From an uncultured delta proteobacterium (GTDB taxonomy: Bacteria; Desulfobacterota; Binatia; UBA9968): a DNA stretch of 64,000 bases. Numbering within the stretch: position 1 is the first letter of the stretch; the number at the start of each line of letters is the position of its first letter. The notes beneath the pieces were generated by a model. That model ran no database searches and was not told the origin of the DNA. It saw only the letters and a list, made by a program, of their open reading frames with translations. Shown one piece after another: positions 1 to 10,358 of this stretch. Both the position numbers and the translations under genes were made by a program. The DNA lies in assembly GCA_963804165.1 (NCBI GenBank), contig CAWDPO010000009.1, positions 93,682 through 157,681 on the forward strand, in the 5' to 3' direction.

Positions 1-34
1 AGATGTACGCCACCGTCACGCAGCTGCCCTTCAT
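1..34 (-). CDS. 5' end of a gene running off the window edge (MKGSCVTVAYI...)
   Basis: ATG at 34 on the minus strand with a GGGGAGG Shine-Dalgarno-like sequence; only 11 codons visible. Confidence 0.35.
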   Translation of the reverse strand, partial: MKGSCVTVAYI

Positions 35-109
35 CGCCTCCCCTTGAATACGACAATCAAGTTCGTATAGTTATCGGAACTTTTGCGCGGATAAGAAAGG
101 GACGTGAGA

Positions 110-418
110 ATGGCTAATTTCGTTAAGGTTTGTAAAGCCGGCGATGTCAAAGCCGGCTGCGGCAAGAGTATCGACATCAACGGTAAGGCCATCGGAGTAT
201 TCAACGTCGATGGGAAATTCTACGCCATCAACGACGTATGCGGTCATCGCGGCGGTCCGTTGGGCGAAGGCGAGCTGGACGGCACCACGGTGATCTGCCC
301 CTGGCATGGCTGGCGCTACAACGTCGCCACCGGCGAGAACGAGCTGCTGCCGAATTTGCCCACCGAAAAGTTCGAAGTGAAAGTCGAAGAAGACGACGTG
401 CTCGTAGACCTCGCTTGA
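110..418 (+). CDS. Rieske [2Fe-2S] ferredoxin (NirD/dioxygenase ferredoxin-like)
   Basis: CGH...CPWHG Rieske ligand motifs in a ~100 aa protein. Confidence 0.92.
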   Translation: MANFVKVCKAGDVKAGCGKSIDINGKAIGVFNVDGKFYAINDVCGHRGGPLGEGELDGTTVICPWHGWRYNVATGENELLPNLPTEKFEVKVEEDDVLVDLA

Positions 419-482
419 TACAGCGCGAAATCAACGCATAAAAGGCTCGCCGTCACCAACATGATCGCGGGCCTTTTTCTTA

Positions 483-1040
483 TTACGCTTGGGGTTTCAG
501 ATAAAGACTAATGTAATCGTTGAGAGCATCCTTGGTGCTGTCGAAAGCGAGATCGTGCCAAGGTATTTCCTTCGGTGCGAAGATTCGCGCTTCTAACGAC
601 TCATCCGCCGCCGCCAGCTCGCCGCTGATCACTTCGGCCGTATAAACCACAATCACATTCGGCGACCGTGGGTAGGAATAGACATTGAGAAGCGGCCCCA
701 GCTTTACTTCAAGCTGTGACTCCTCTTTCGTTTCACGCACCGCCGCGTCGCGCACGCTCTCGCCGCGGTCGACATAGCCGCCGGGAAAGACCCATTTGCC
801 GAGAGCCGGTTCGACGGCGCGTTTCAGCAGCACGATGCCGCCGTCAAGCATAAATAACGTTCCGGCGACGACCTTGGGGTCCTGATAAAAAATAAACGAG
901 CAAGTCTGGCAAACCAGGCGTTTGGGTTCGTTCGACTTTACCATGCGATGCGCCAGTTCGCCGCCGCAACGCGGGCAAAAGCGAAACTCTATATGACCGT
1001 GGCCATGCTCGTGGTGATGTTGATCGTGGTCTGATGCCAT
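483..1040 (-). CDS. NUDIX hydrolase with N-terminal zinc ribbon
   Basis: CPRCG...CQTC ribbon; Nudix box GGYVDRGESVRDAAVRETKEE. Confidence 0.9.
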   Translation of the reverse strand: MASDHDQHHHEHGHGHIEFRFCPRCGGELAHRMVKSNEPKRLVCQTCSFIFYQDPKVVAGTLFMLDGGIVLLKRAVEPALGKWVFPGGYVDRGESVRDAAVRETKEESQLEVKLGPLLNVYSYPRSPNVIVVYTAEVISGELAAADESLEARIFAPKEIPWHDLAFDSTKDALNDYISLYLKPQA

Positions 1041-1100
1041 ACTTTTCTTATTAGCCTACATTCAGTTGAAGTAAAAGAAGATTTCTGTAATCGTGTGGTA

Positions 1101-1778
1101 ATGCTTCGCGCTATGATTTTTGATTTCAACGGCATCATCGTCGACGATGAGCCGATCCATTTCAAGCTGTTTCAAAGGGTCCTCGGCGAAGAAGGAATAA
1201 TTCTCACCGAAGAAGCCTATTACGCCCGCTATCTTGGCTTCGACGATCGCGGCGCGTTCATGGCCGGATTCCGAGATAACCATCGCCCATTGACAGACCC
1301 CAAGCTGGCCGAGCTGATTGATCGTAAGGCTGCTTACTATCAGCAGGCCATATGCGATCACGTGATAATTTTTCCAGGAGTCAAGACCTTGGTATACGAG
1401 CTGGCCCCAGTTGTCCCTCTCGGGGTCGCTTCCGGGGCTTTGCGCCGCGAGATCGTGACCATCCTCACAACCGCGGGATTGCTAAATTACTTTCAAGCGA
1501 TTGTGAGCACAGAAGACGTTGAGCACGGCAAACCTGAGCCGGAAATTTTTTTGAAGGTCCTGGCGAAGCTCAACGCGGGCGCCAGCCCCCAGATCGAACC
1601 CGCCGACTGCGTCGTGATCGAAGATTCCAAAGAAGGCATCCGCGGCGCGCGCAGGGCTGGAATGAAGTGCTTGGCGGTAACCAATTCACACCCAGCGGAA
1701 TTGCTCGGCGAAGCGGACGCAGTCGTGAAAAGCCTGGAAGACGTCGCGCTTCCGTTCCTGCAGCAAATCTGTTCGTGA
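1101..1778 (+). CDS. HAD family phosphatase (beta-PGM/CbbY-like)
   Basis: FDFNG motif I, GKPEPEIF, VIEDS motifs. Confidence 0.9.
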   Translation: MLRAMIFDFNGIIVDDEPIHFKLFQRVLGEEGIILTEEAYYARYLGFDDRGAFMAGFRDNHRPLTDPKLAELIDRKAAYYQQAICDHVIIFPGVKTLVYELAPVVPLGVASGALRREIVTILTTAGLLNYFQAIVSTEDVEHGKPEPEIFLKVLAKLNAGASPQIEPADCVVIEDSKEGIRGARRAGMKCLAVTNSHPAELLGEADAVVKSLEDVALPFLQQICS

Positions 1779-1781
1779 GAA

Positions 1782-2501
1782 CTATCGAAACGGCGTTCGC
1801 TGCGGCCGCACCGTGATTTCCACCGGGCAACAGGTGGCCGGCGTTGTGAGCACGTAAAGTACGGATTGAGCAACATCGTCGGCCTGAATCATCTTGCTCC
1901 GATCCAGCTGCCGGTTGGGCGGTATCAGAGGTGTGTCGACAAACCCGGGCAAGATCACCGATACTTTGATGCCGTGCTCGCGCACTTCCTCATAAAGCGA
2001 TTGAGTGAACCCGATCAGGCCGAACTTCGATGCCGAGTACGCCGCGCCATTCGCTTCGCCGCTCTTTCCCGAAACCGAGCCGATGTTAATTACCGCGCCC
2101 TCGCCCTTCTCGATCATCGCCGGCAAGAGACTCTGCGCGAGCAGCATCGGCGCGCGTAAATTGACGCGAAAGGTTTGATCCAAATCCTCCGTCTTGGCCT
2201 TCACCACCGAAGACCTCTTCCCCCAACCTGCGTTATTGATGAGAATATCGATTGCGCCAAAATACTGTCCGCTTTGACCGACGAGTTTTTCAATCTCGTC
2301 ATCCCGGGTAAGATCGCACGGCACGGCGGCCGCATTGCCATTGCCACTCTCGATCTCGCGACGAACGTCTTCGAGTTGATCGTGACTACGCGCAGTGAGA
2401 ATGACGCGACAACCGGCTCTGCCGAGGACAAGCGCGATCGCCTTGCCAATGCCGCGCCCGGCTCCGGTCACGAGCGCGACTTTTCCCTGGAGCGTCAGCA
2501 T
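1782..2501 (-). CDS. SDR family oxidoreductase
   Basis: TGAGRGIG, NNAG, YSASK. Confidence 0.93.
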   Translation of the reverse strand: MLTLQGKVALVTGAGRGIGKAIALVLGRAGCRVILTARSHDQLEDVRREIESGNGNAAAVPCDLTRDDEIEKLVGQSGQYFGAIDILINNAGWGKRSSVVKAKTEDLDQTFRVNLRAPMLLAQSLLPAMIEKGEGAVINIGSVSGKSGEANGAAYSASKFGLIGFTQSLYEEVREHGIKVSVILPGFVDTPLIPPNRQLDRSKMIQADDVAQSVLYVLTTPATCCPVEITVRPQRTPFR

Positions 2502-2525
2502 CGCTTTTGAACCGGAGTTTCGTCG

Positions 2526-2948
2526 TCAGTGCACGGTAGTGGGGTCGTCGCCGCTTGGGGGCTGCGCAACGGATGAGCCATGGTGATGGACCATGCGCCA
2601 GCCATCGGAGCCCTTGCGAAAAATATTTGTGGTGAGAATCGTCGCAGCGACGTTTTGACCTTCCAGCGAGCTATTGAGATTTTCATACAGCGTAACCCAA
2701 GCCAGCTCGCCGCGCACTTCGATAAACAGGTCGGTCAACATGAAACGAATGGTGGGAGTATTTTCGAAGATGCGCCGCCAGCTTTCCATCACCGGATTCC
2801 AGCCACGCAGGATGCGCCAGCCGGGATGGCCACACTGAATATCGACGTCCTTTGCCCACACCGACTCCATTTGTTTAATGTCGAGACTTTCGAAAGCGCT
2901 GTAAAAGCTTTCATTGACTTTGGCCACCTCTTTTTCTTCGCTGGTCAT
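2526..2948 (-). CDS. SnoaL/NTF2-like protein
   Basis: N..FY.AFE..D, HPGW..L.GW..V..SW, TNIF...W.MVHHH pattern. Confidence 0.85.
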   Translation of the reverse strand: MTSEEKEVAKVNESFYSAFESLDIKQMESVWAKDVDIQCGHPGWRILRGWNPVMESWRRIFENTPTIRFMLTDLFIEVRGELAWVTLYENLNSSLEGQNVAATILTTNIFRKGSDGWRMVHHHGSSVAQPPSGDDPTTVH

Positions 2949-2954
2949 GGGCAG

Positions 2955-3281
2955 CTAATGATGAGGTTTAGGCGTGACAAAAACCAAGGTAACGAGGCGT
3001 TGCTGGCTGCGATTGAAAACCCCATGATTCGCGCCGGCGGGCGCCAGCGCGATTTCTCCCGCTCCTAGTTCCCGCTCTTCGTCGCCGACTTTAAAAACGC
3101 CGCGTCCTTCAAGCACGTAATAAATTTTATCCTCTCCGCCATGCGTGTGCGGGCTCTGCTCCTGCCCCGGTTCGAAGCAATAGGTGTCGCAAAAAAATCG
3201 ATCGGTCTCGAAGACGCCGTTCTTTTTCATTTTTGCCGGAGAGAACTGCATTGCATCGGCGAGTTTTTTAAAATTACCCAT
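2955..3281 (-). CDS. Cupin domain protein
   Basis: HTH...K.YYVLEG and PAG.NHG cupin motifs. Confidence 0.88.
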   Translation of the reverse strand: MGNFKKLADAMQFSPAKMKKNGVFETDRFFCDTYCFEPGQEQSPHTHGGEDKIYYVLEGRGVFKVGDEERELGAGEIALAPAGANHGVFNRSQQRLVTLVFVTPKPHH

Positions 3282-3368
3282 GGCCCGCTCCTATCCAGCG
3301 ATCGTGAAGCGATACTACCACAGGGGTAGTTACATGCAAAACCAGGGCTTATCTGTTATCTGTAGCGC

Positions 3369-4545
3369 ATGGATTCAGTGCTCATCCGCTACCACGAAAT
3401 CGCCCTCAAGAAAGGTAATCGGGCCATATTTCACCGAATTGCTCAAGAGCAATCTGCTCGCCGCGGTCAAAGACTTGGGCACAAAGGAGATTCGCAGCTT
3501 GCCCGCGCGTTTGCTGATCACTTTTAAAAACGACATCGAACCCGACATCGCCATCCATCGCTTAAGCACGGTGTTCGGCGTCGCGAACTTTTCCATCGTC
3601 AAGCGCACCGCCAGAGATATCGACGCCCTGCGCAGCGGGATTTTGGAATCGCTCAACGGCAGTCACTTCGAGTCTTTTCGCATCGAGACTCAACGCGGCG
3701 ACAAGACCTTTCCTCTGATGTCTCCGGAAATCAACCGCCAACTCGGCGCCGCTGTCAAAGAAAGGTCTGGGGCTCGGGTCGATCTAGAGAATCCCGAGTT
3801 CACCGTGACGGTCGAAATCCTGCCGCGCGATGCGTTTTTCGGCTTCAACAAGATTCCCGGCGCCGGCGGGCTTCCCGTGGGGGCGAGCGGAAGAGTCGTC
3901 TGTCTTATTTCAGGTGGTTTCGATTCGCCGGTAGCGTCATACCGGATGATGCAACGCGGCTGTCGGATTATCTTTGTACATTTTCACAGCGCGCCGTATC
4001 AAGACAAAACTTCACAGGAAAAAGTACGCCAGCTCGTAACGCGCTTGACGCAGCACCAATTTCAATCGCGTCTCTATCTGGTGCCGTTCGGGGAGATCCA
4101 ACGGCAAATCGTCGCCGCTGTCGCCCGGCCGCTGCGCGTCGTTCTATATCGACGCATGATGCTGCGCATCGCCGAAGCGATCGCGCGAAAAGAAAAAGCC
4201 AAGGCGCTCGTCACCGGGGAAAGCCTCGGTCAAGTCGCCTCGCAGACGCTCGACAATATGGCGGTGATCCAACAGGCGACGCGGCTGCCGATTCTCCGGC
4301 CGCTCGTCGGCATGGACAAGCAGGAAATCATCGATCAAGCGCGCCGCATCGGCACCTTCGAGACGTCGTCGTTACCCGATCAAGACTGCTGTCAGCTCTT
4401 CGTGCCGAAGCATCCGGCGACCAAGGCGAGATTCGCCGACGTTGAGGCGGATGAAAGTAAATTCGACGTGAATGCGCTCGTGTGCTATGGCGTCGAAAAC
4501 GCCACCCATGAAGAATTCACGTTCCCAATTCTTAGGGAGATTTAA
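3369..4545 (+). CDS. thiI: tRNA 4-thiouridine synthase ThiI (one +1 indel near 3421)
   Basis: THUMP region, PP-loop SGGFDS, GESLGQVASQT, DCC; the typical N-terminus MDSVLIRYHEIALKKGNR starts at 3369 in another frame and joins at a G-run. Confidence 0.9.
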
Positions 4546-4596
4546 GACGTTTTGAACGGCTTGAACGATTGAATGAATTGAAAGAAGCCGTGCCCT

Positions 4597-5567
4597 CTAA
4601 ATATAATGCTGAATCCTTTGTAGACTTGGCGCAAAGAACAAATCCTCGGCGCTGGGCTTTTTCTTGATCATGCCCTGCTCGTATTCGTAGCGGATCACTG
4701 CTTCGAGGGCCTTTCGATTATCTTCCAAATTGTACGGCCACGGGTCGGGACCGAAAATTTCCCGCTGCTCGCGCATTAAATCTTGCACCCACACCAGGGC
4801 GAAACTGCGCGGGTCGCTGTTTCGCTCGTAGCAAATTTCTTTCGCCCGCTGAAACGCCTGCACCAGGCTGATGCCGACCCAGGGGTGCTCTGCTAGAATC
4901 GCATTCTTCACGACCACCGTGTGCATGATCGGAAAGAAGCCGCCGTTTTTGTAATATTCGATCTCCGCTTTCTTCGGTTCGGCAAAAAGCATCCCACTTT
5001 GGGATTGCCGCTACGAATCGACGGCAAAGTTTCCGGGTAGAGCGCCGCCTCCACCTCACCGTCGAGCAACATCTGATCGATGTTCTTGCCGCGCGCCACG
5101 CGCTTGACGTTCATCCACTTGGCCGGTTCAAACGGAATCTCTTCTTCTTCCTGGCACCACCACTCGATGGTTTTTAGATCCACGCCGTAATGATCCTGCA
5201 GGATGCCGCGCATCCACAGGCCGGCGGAGTTTTGCAGCGTGTCGAGAGCGACTCTCTTGCCGTTTAAATCCGACGGCTTTTCAATGCCGCAGCCGTTTCG
5301 CTTCACCATATACTGGTGGCGGAAACGGCGATGTGGAAAGACTGGGATGGCGTTGTAGTTGCAGCCCTTGTCGCGAGAAACCAGATAGCCGACCAATGAC
5401 AGCTCGCACACATCGAATTCTTCGTGGCGCAGCATGCGGCCATGGCGCTCGGGCGAAGCCATGGTCAGCACGTTCAGATCAATTCCTTGGGGCTGAATTT
5501 CGCCGTTGATCAACGGTCGCAAAAAATCGTAATCGCCGCACGCCAGAGTTAAGTTCAGCTTCGCCAT
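4597..5567 (-). CDS. 4,5-dihydroxyphthalate decarboxylase-like / periplasmic-binding-fold protein (frameshift near 4990)
   Basis: LTLACGDYD, FDVCELS, PVFPHRRFRH, FPIMH across two frames. Confidence 0.8.
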
Positions 5568-6158
5568 CTATTCTCCTTTAACATGCTGCCGGTACAGATC
5601 CGGCGTATCGATATCGACCGTGATGCCTTCATCGTCGGTCTCGATTTCCAACGTATCGTCGCAGTGCGCGTTGACCACGGCTTTGGCGCCTCGATCTATG
5701 GGCGCCGCCAGCAATTCGTCAAACAGCTTGCGCGAAAAGATCACCGGATGGCCGCGCTTGCCATTGTGGCGCGGCACGACGAGCAGTTTGCCGCTCTCGT
5801 AGAAGCGCTCGATCATCATCTCCACTAGTTTCGGGTCGATGTAGGGATGATCGACGAGATGAACGAGCATGCCGTCGCAATCCGTCTCCGTCTCCAAGCG
5901 ACGCACGGCGACTTGCAGCGAAGATAGTTGGCCCAGCTTGTAATCTGGATTCAGCAGGATCTCGACCGGCAAGTGCTCGATCTGCCGCCTCATCTCATCG
6001 GCATTGTGACCGAGGATGACGATGACTTTGCCGATGTTGGCGTGCTTCAGCACGCCAACGATTCTTTCGATGAACGTCTGGCCGTCAATGGGCAACAACG
6101 CTTTGGGCCGCCCCATGCGGCTGGATTCACCAGCGGAAAGAATCACTGCGACGATCAT
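5568..6158 (-). CDS. MocA-like molybdenum cofactor nucleotidyltransferase family protein
   Basis: LSAGESSRMGRPKALL, GQLSS, GHPV, DIDTP. Confidence 0.85.
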   Translation of the reverse strand: MIVAVILSAGESSRMGRPKALLPIDGQTFIERIVGVLKHANIGKVIVILGHNADEMRRQIEHLPVEILLNPDYKLGQLSSLQVAVRRLETETDCDGMLVHLVDHPYIDPKLVEMMIERFYESGKLLVVPRHNGKRGHPVIFSRKLFDELLAAPIDRGAKAVVNAHCDDTLEIETDDEGITVDIDTPDLYRQHVKGE

Positions 6159-6189
6159 GGCCCCATTCACCGCCAGTTATTGTAGTCGG

Positions 6190-6279
6190 AAATCTCCCCT
6201 AGCCCCTCTTTTTCAAAGAGGGGAACAGATATTGCTCCGAAAGCGTCCTCCTTTGACAAAGGGGGATCGAGGGGGATTT
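6190..6279. repeat. REP-like palindromic element (AAATCTCCCCTAGCCCCTCTTT...AAAGGGGGATCGAGGGGGATTT)
   Basis: Outer inverted repeat with two internal CCYCTTT/AAAGRGG hairpins, intergenic. Confidence 0.7.
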
Positions 6280-6337
6280 TTTTAGCGATAAAGAATCTAT
6301 CGAACATGGGACTGCCGAAGATTTCAGGCGGCTCCGG

Positions 6338-7330
6338 TCACTTGTAGACTTTATCGATGAAGCCGCTCTTATCCAGCTCTCTGACAATGCTGTCGTCGAC
6401 GATATCCTCGACGCGCAAGGTAGCGCCGGGTTTTCGCGCCAGCGCCTCTTTGATCTGGACCTCGGTTCCTTCCCGGGTTACCAATGGAACGCGATCATGC
6501 AACTTTACGTTGGCCGCCCAGGACGACTCTAAAAACTGCGGATTATTCTGACGCGTGTACTTGGCGATGAATTTCATGGTGTCTTGCTTGCGGGTCTTGA
6601 GGAAGTGGGTCGCTTCAATCAGCGCCATCGTGAGTTTTCTCATGGTTTCCCGGTTGCTCGCTAAATAGCTTTTTGTGGTGGTAGAGCAAATATACGGAAA
6701 ATCGAACCGCTTTTGAAAATCCGCCGTGCTGATCATGATCCGATGGGGCATGCCTTTGGCGAGGTGAATCGTTCCGGGCGGCGATGGAAAGCCGACGATC
6801 TTGCCCGTCCGAAACGCCGCCGCCCGCTCCGACGGGCCACCCACCTGCATGATCGGCACGTCCTTCACCGGCTCCAAACCCAGTCCTTTGATCAGTACCC
6901 TTGCCGCGACATCCGAAGCACTCCCCACGCGGCTGATGCCAACATTCTTGCCTTTTAAGTCTTCCACCGATTTGACCGACTCCTGAACTACCAGTTCGTA
7001 GGGCAACGTATTGATGTAGCAGGCGGTCATCACCAAATTGGCCCCAGCCACGACTGCACTCGCCACCGCGCCACCGGAGCTGTTGGCAATCTGAATATCG
7101 CCCGAGACCAACGTGGAGACGCTCATCGTCGAGCTTTGGATGAAGATGAGTTCGACGTCCAAGCCGTACTTGCGATATATACCCGCGTCCAGCGCGGTGA
7201 ACCATACGACGTTGGATGCGTCGGCGGAGCTGTAGGCGATCTTGACGCGCTCCTGAGCCGCGCCGGTGGTGTAGCTTGCGATGGATAATAGAACCAAAAG
7301 CGATAAGCCAACGGTGATTCTGTCTATCAT
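6338..7330 (-). CDS. NitT/TauT (NMT1/SsuA-like) ABC substrate-binding protein
   Basis: Signal peptide; G..RKYGLDVEL, DLKGK.VGISR.GS pattern. Confidence 0.87.
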   Translation of the reverse strand: MIDRITVGLSLLVLLSIASYTTGAAQERVKIAYSSADASNVVWFTALDAGIYRKYGLDVELIFIQSSTMSVSTLVSGDIQIANSSGGAVASAVVAGANLVMTACYINTLPYELVVQESVKSVEDLKGKNVGISRVGSASDVAARVLIKGLGLEPVKDVPIMQVGGPSERAAAFRTGKIVGFPSPPGTIHLAKGMPHRIMISTADFQKRFDFPYICSTTTKSYLASNRETMRKLTMALIEATHFLKTRKQDTMKFIAKYTRQNNPQFLESSWAANVKLHDRVPLVTREGTEVQIKEALARKPGATLRVEDIVDDSIVRELDKSGFIDKVYK

Positions 7331-7468
7331 GCCAACCCAACCTCTTGCTTCGAACTGCTCACATGGCGAACGGATGCAACTGTAATCTTGATTTAACTCA
7401 AGAGCGCTCAGTGAATCAACAAGGCGGAAAGCCGGTTCGGAGTTACCGGAGCGGTGAGCTGGTGATGA

Positions 7469-8572
7469 TCACTGTTCCGCGGGCAGCGCCATGCACTCAC
7501 CCGCCGGCAGCTCGATCCAAACCGAGTCGCCGCGGCGCACTTGCAGGGTGTAGCGTTGATGGGTTTGCAAAACGTTTTTGCCGAGCTCGATGGTACAGTC
7601 GACGTATTCACCCAAAAACATGGCGGCGCCGATTTTGCCCTCGATAACGTTCGCAGTGATGGGCGGCTGCTGCTGGTGCAGGTTAATGCTCTCAGGTCGC
7701 ACCACGACAACCACCTTGCTGCCGGCAGTCAAGCCATCGAGGATGCCGCAAGAGATCTCGCCGTCGTCGGTGCGAACCGTCGCCGTGCCGTTTCCTTCCA
7801 GCTGGGTTACCTGGCCGGCCATTTGATTCGTCGAACCGATAAAGTTGGCAACAAATTGCGTTTTCGGTTGCAGATAGATGTCCCGCGGGGCGCCCTCCTG
7901 AACGATCACGCCGGAGTTCATCACGGCGATGACGTTGGACATCGACAACGCCTCGATCTGATCGTGGGTGACGTAGAGAGTCGTAATGCGCAGGCGGCGC
8001 TGTAGCTCGCGCAACTCGAAGCGCATTCTTTCGCGCAGCTTGGCGTCGAGATTACTGAGCGGCTCGTCCAAGAGCAGCACCATCGGCTCGCGCACCAAGG
8101 CGCGGGCCAACGCGAGCCGCTGCTGCTGCCCGCCGGAGAGCTGCGTGGCCATGCGATCTTCGTAGCCGTCCAATTCCACCTGGGCGAGCGCCCCTCTGAC
8201 CTTTTTTTGCATGTCGGCTTTGCTGAAACGCTCCTTGCCGACACGCAGCGGGAACGCGACGTTTTCGAACACCGTCATATGCGGCCAGATGGCGTAGCTC
8301 TGAAAAACCATACCAATGGGGCGACGGTAGGCGGGCACAAACGTTCCGTCCGTTGCGGAAAAGACCTTCTTGCCGGCGACAAGGATCTCGCCACCGTTGG
8401 CTTTTTCCAATCCGGCGATGCAGCGCAAAGTTGTCGTCTTGCCGCATCCGGACGGACCTAGGAGCGTATAGAACCGGCCTTCTTCGACCGTAAAGGAAAT
8501 GTCGTTGACAGCCTTAACGCCGGCGTTGTCGCCGTCGGCAAAGATTTTTACCAGAGACTTGATTTCAATCAC
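7469..8572 (-). CDS. ABC transporter ATP-binding protein (PotA/FbpC-like, C-terminal TOBE)
   Basis: GPSGCGKT, LSGGQQQR, LLLDEPLSNLD. Confidence 0.95.
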   Translation of the reverse strand: MIEIKSLVKIFADGDNAGVKAVNDISFTVEEGRFYTLLGPSGCGKTTTLRCIAGLEKANGGEILVAGKKVFSATDGTFVPAYRRPIGMVFQSYAIWPHMTVFENVAFPLRVGKERFSKADMQKKVRGALAQVELDGYEDRMATQLSGGQQQRLALARALVREPMVLLLDEPLSNLDAKLRERMRFELRELQRRLRITTLYVTHDQIEALSMSNVIAVMNSGVIVQEGAPRDIYLQPKTQFVANFIGSTNQMAGQVTQLEGNGTATVRTDDGEISCGILDGLTAGSKVVVVVRPESINLHQQQPPITANVIEGKIGAAMFLGEYVDCTIELGKNVLQTHQRYTLQVRRGDSVWIELPAGECMALPAEQ

Positions 8573-8593
8573 TAGATTTTCCTCACCCGTCTA

Positions 8594-10318
8594 TCAAGTC
8601 TGGAGGCCTACTTTGCCGGTGAGCTTGTAGAAGATCGCCACGATCGATAACAAGGTCGCGATCATCAAAACGCCGATGGCCGCGACCACGGTGACCTGCC
8701 CCTGCTCGAACATGGTGAAGAGCAGAATCGAGAGCACCCGGCTTTCGCCGGTGGCGAGCAACACCGACGTAGAAAATTCCCGAAACGACACGATGCAGAT
8801 GTAAATCCACCCCGCCGCCAAGCCAGGCCGCAAGAGCGGTAACGTAACCCGTTTGAACGACTCCCACCAGGAAGCACCGGAGGCCGCCGCGGCCTCCTCC
8901 AATTCGCTGTGAATTTGTAAAATCGACCCCGACGCCGCGCGCATGCCATATGGAATAAAGCGGGTGACATAGGCGATCAGCAAAACCCAGATCGTGCCGT
9001 AAATCGGAATGGGAAAGGCGACATAGAGCAGGATCAACGCCATGCCCATAACGATGCCAGGGATCGTAATCGGCACGAAGGCGAGAAAATCGAGGATCCA
9101 AGAACCCGGCAACCGGCTTTTGTAAACGATCCACGCGACCAGCGAAGTCAGCACCATCGCCACCGTCGCCGTCAAGGTCGAGAGGATAATGCTGTTCTGC
9201 ATCGCATCCCAAAAGGGGCGAAAGCCTGACAGATAGCGATAGTTGTCGAGACTGAGCTTGCTCACGGCAGCCCAACTCGGCGCCGCGAAAAACGGCAGAA
9301 ATGACGCCCAAAACAACACCAAAAACGGCAACAGCACGACGAATAAGAAGTAACCGGACAAAAATCCGAAACCTACCCAGCGCCAAGGCCCGAGATCGAA
9401 CTGGCGCGGCCTAAATGCTTTACCCGTGACGGTTTGGAATTTCTTACCTTCCTTGGTCGCTCGCGTATACAGCCAAACGCCCACGGCGCTCAACAGCAGC
9501 AATCCTACCGCCAAGGCACCGCCCCGGCCATAGTCCGGTGGGTACTCGTTGAAGGCAAGAAAAATTTCACTGGTATACACGTAGATACGCGCCGGAATAC
9601 CGATCAGCGCAGGAGTCTCGAAAGATTCGAGCGTGCGGACGAATAAAATCAGCACCACGGATCCGGCCGTCGGCATCAACAAGCGCAACGTCACGCGGCG
9701 AAAAGTCTGCCAGGTGTTGGCGCCGGACATCATCGCCGACTCTTCCAAAGAAGGGTCCATCGATTTGAATGCCGCCACCATCAGCAGAAACGCCAAAGGC
9801 ACCTGGCCCACCGAATGAACCCAAATCATACCCGGCAAGGAAAATACGTTGAACGGTGGCGAACTGAGTCCGAACAAATTGGTGAGCCACACATTGAGGT
9901 AGCCGAACTTTGGACTGAGCAGAAATATCCAAGCGATGGATTCCAATACGCCGGGAAGAATCAATGGCACAACGGCGAGGGGAACAAAGATACTGCGCAA
10001 AGGCGTGTTGGTGCGCTCCGTCAACCAGGCGAGCACCGTTCCCAACACGAAGGAAAGCGCCGCCGAGCCGAAGGCAAAAATCAGCGAGTTCATGAAAGTC
10101 GAGTAGGTGTACTCGCTGGCATAGGCAGCGTGGTAGTTCTTGAGGGTGTAAACAAATTCCCGCGGGGCTACTTCCGCCTGAAAGCTACCGACAAGAAGCA
10201 TGATCAGGGGTAAGACCGCAAGATAAACGAGGATACCGGCGCCGACCACGGGGATCAGCAGCGCCGGATCCAGCGTCATGCTCACTTTTCCGGTACGGGG
10301 AATTGCCGCAGTCGCCAT
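8594..10318 (-). CDS. Fe3+-type ABC transporter permease (FbpB-like, two permease repeats)
   Basis: About 12 hydrophobic segments; two EAA motifs (LEESAMMSGA, LEEAAAASGA). Confidence 0.92.
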   Translation of the reverse strand: MATAAIPRTGKVSMTLDPALLIPVVGAGILVYLAVLPLIMLLVGSFQAEVAPREFVYTLKNYHAAYASEYTYSTFMNSLIFAFGSAALSFVLGTVLAWLTERTNTPLRSIFVPLAVVPLILPGVLESIAWIFLLSPKFGYLNVWLTNLFGLSSPPFNVFSLPGMIWVHSVGQVPLAFLLMVAAFKSMDPSLEESAMMSGANTWQTFRRVTLRLLMPTAGSVVLILFVRTLESFETPALIGIPARIYVYTSEIFLAFNEYPPDYGRGGALAVGLLLLSAVGVWLYTRATKEGKKFQTVTGKAFRPRQFDLGPWRWVGFGFLSGYFLFVVLLPFLVLFWASFLPFFAAPSWAAVSKLSLDNYRYLSGFRPFWDAMQNSIILSTLTATVAMVLTSLVAWIVYKSRLPGSWILDFLAFVPITIPGIVMGMALILLYVAFPIPIYGTIWVLLIAYVTRFIPYGMRAASGSILQIHSELEEAAAASGASWWESFKRVTLPLLRPGLAAGWIYICIVSFREFSTSVLLATGESRVLSILLFTMFEQGQVTVVAAIGVLMIATLLSIVAIFYKLTGKVGLQT

Positions 10319-10358
10319 AAATCAGCCTTTAAAAGATAGCCGCAGTGTCACGCTGCGC

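Noticed and set aside
3369-3430. Programmed frameshifting in thiI and other split genes
   Set aside because: No slippery heptamer or stimulatory structure was seen; the many scattered indels are better explained by consensus error.
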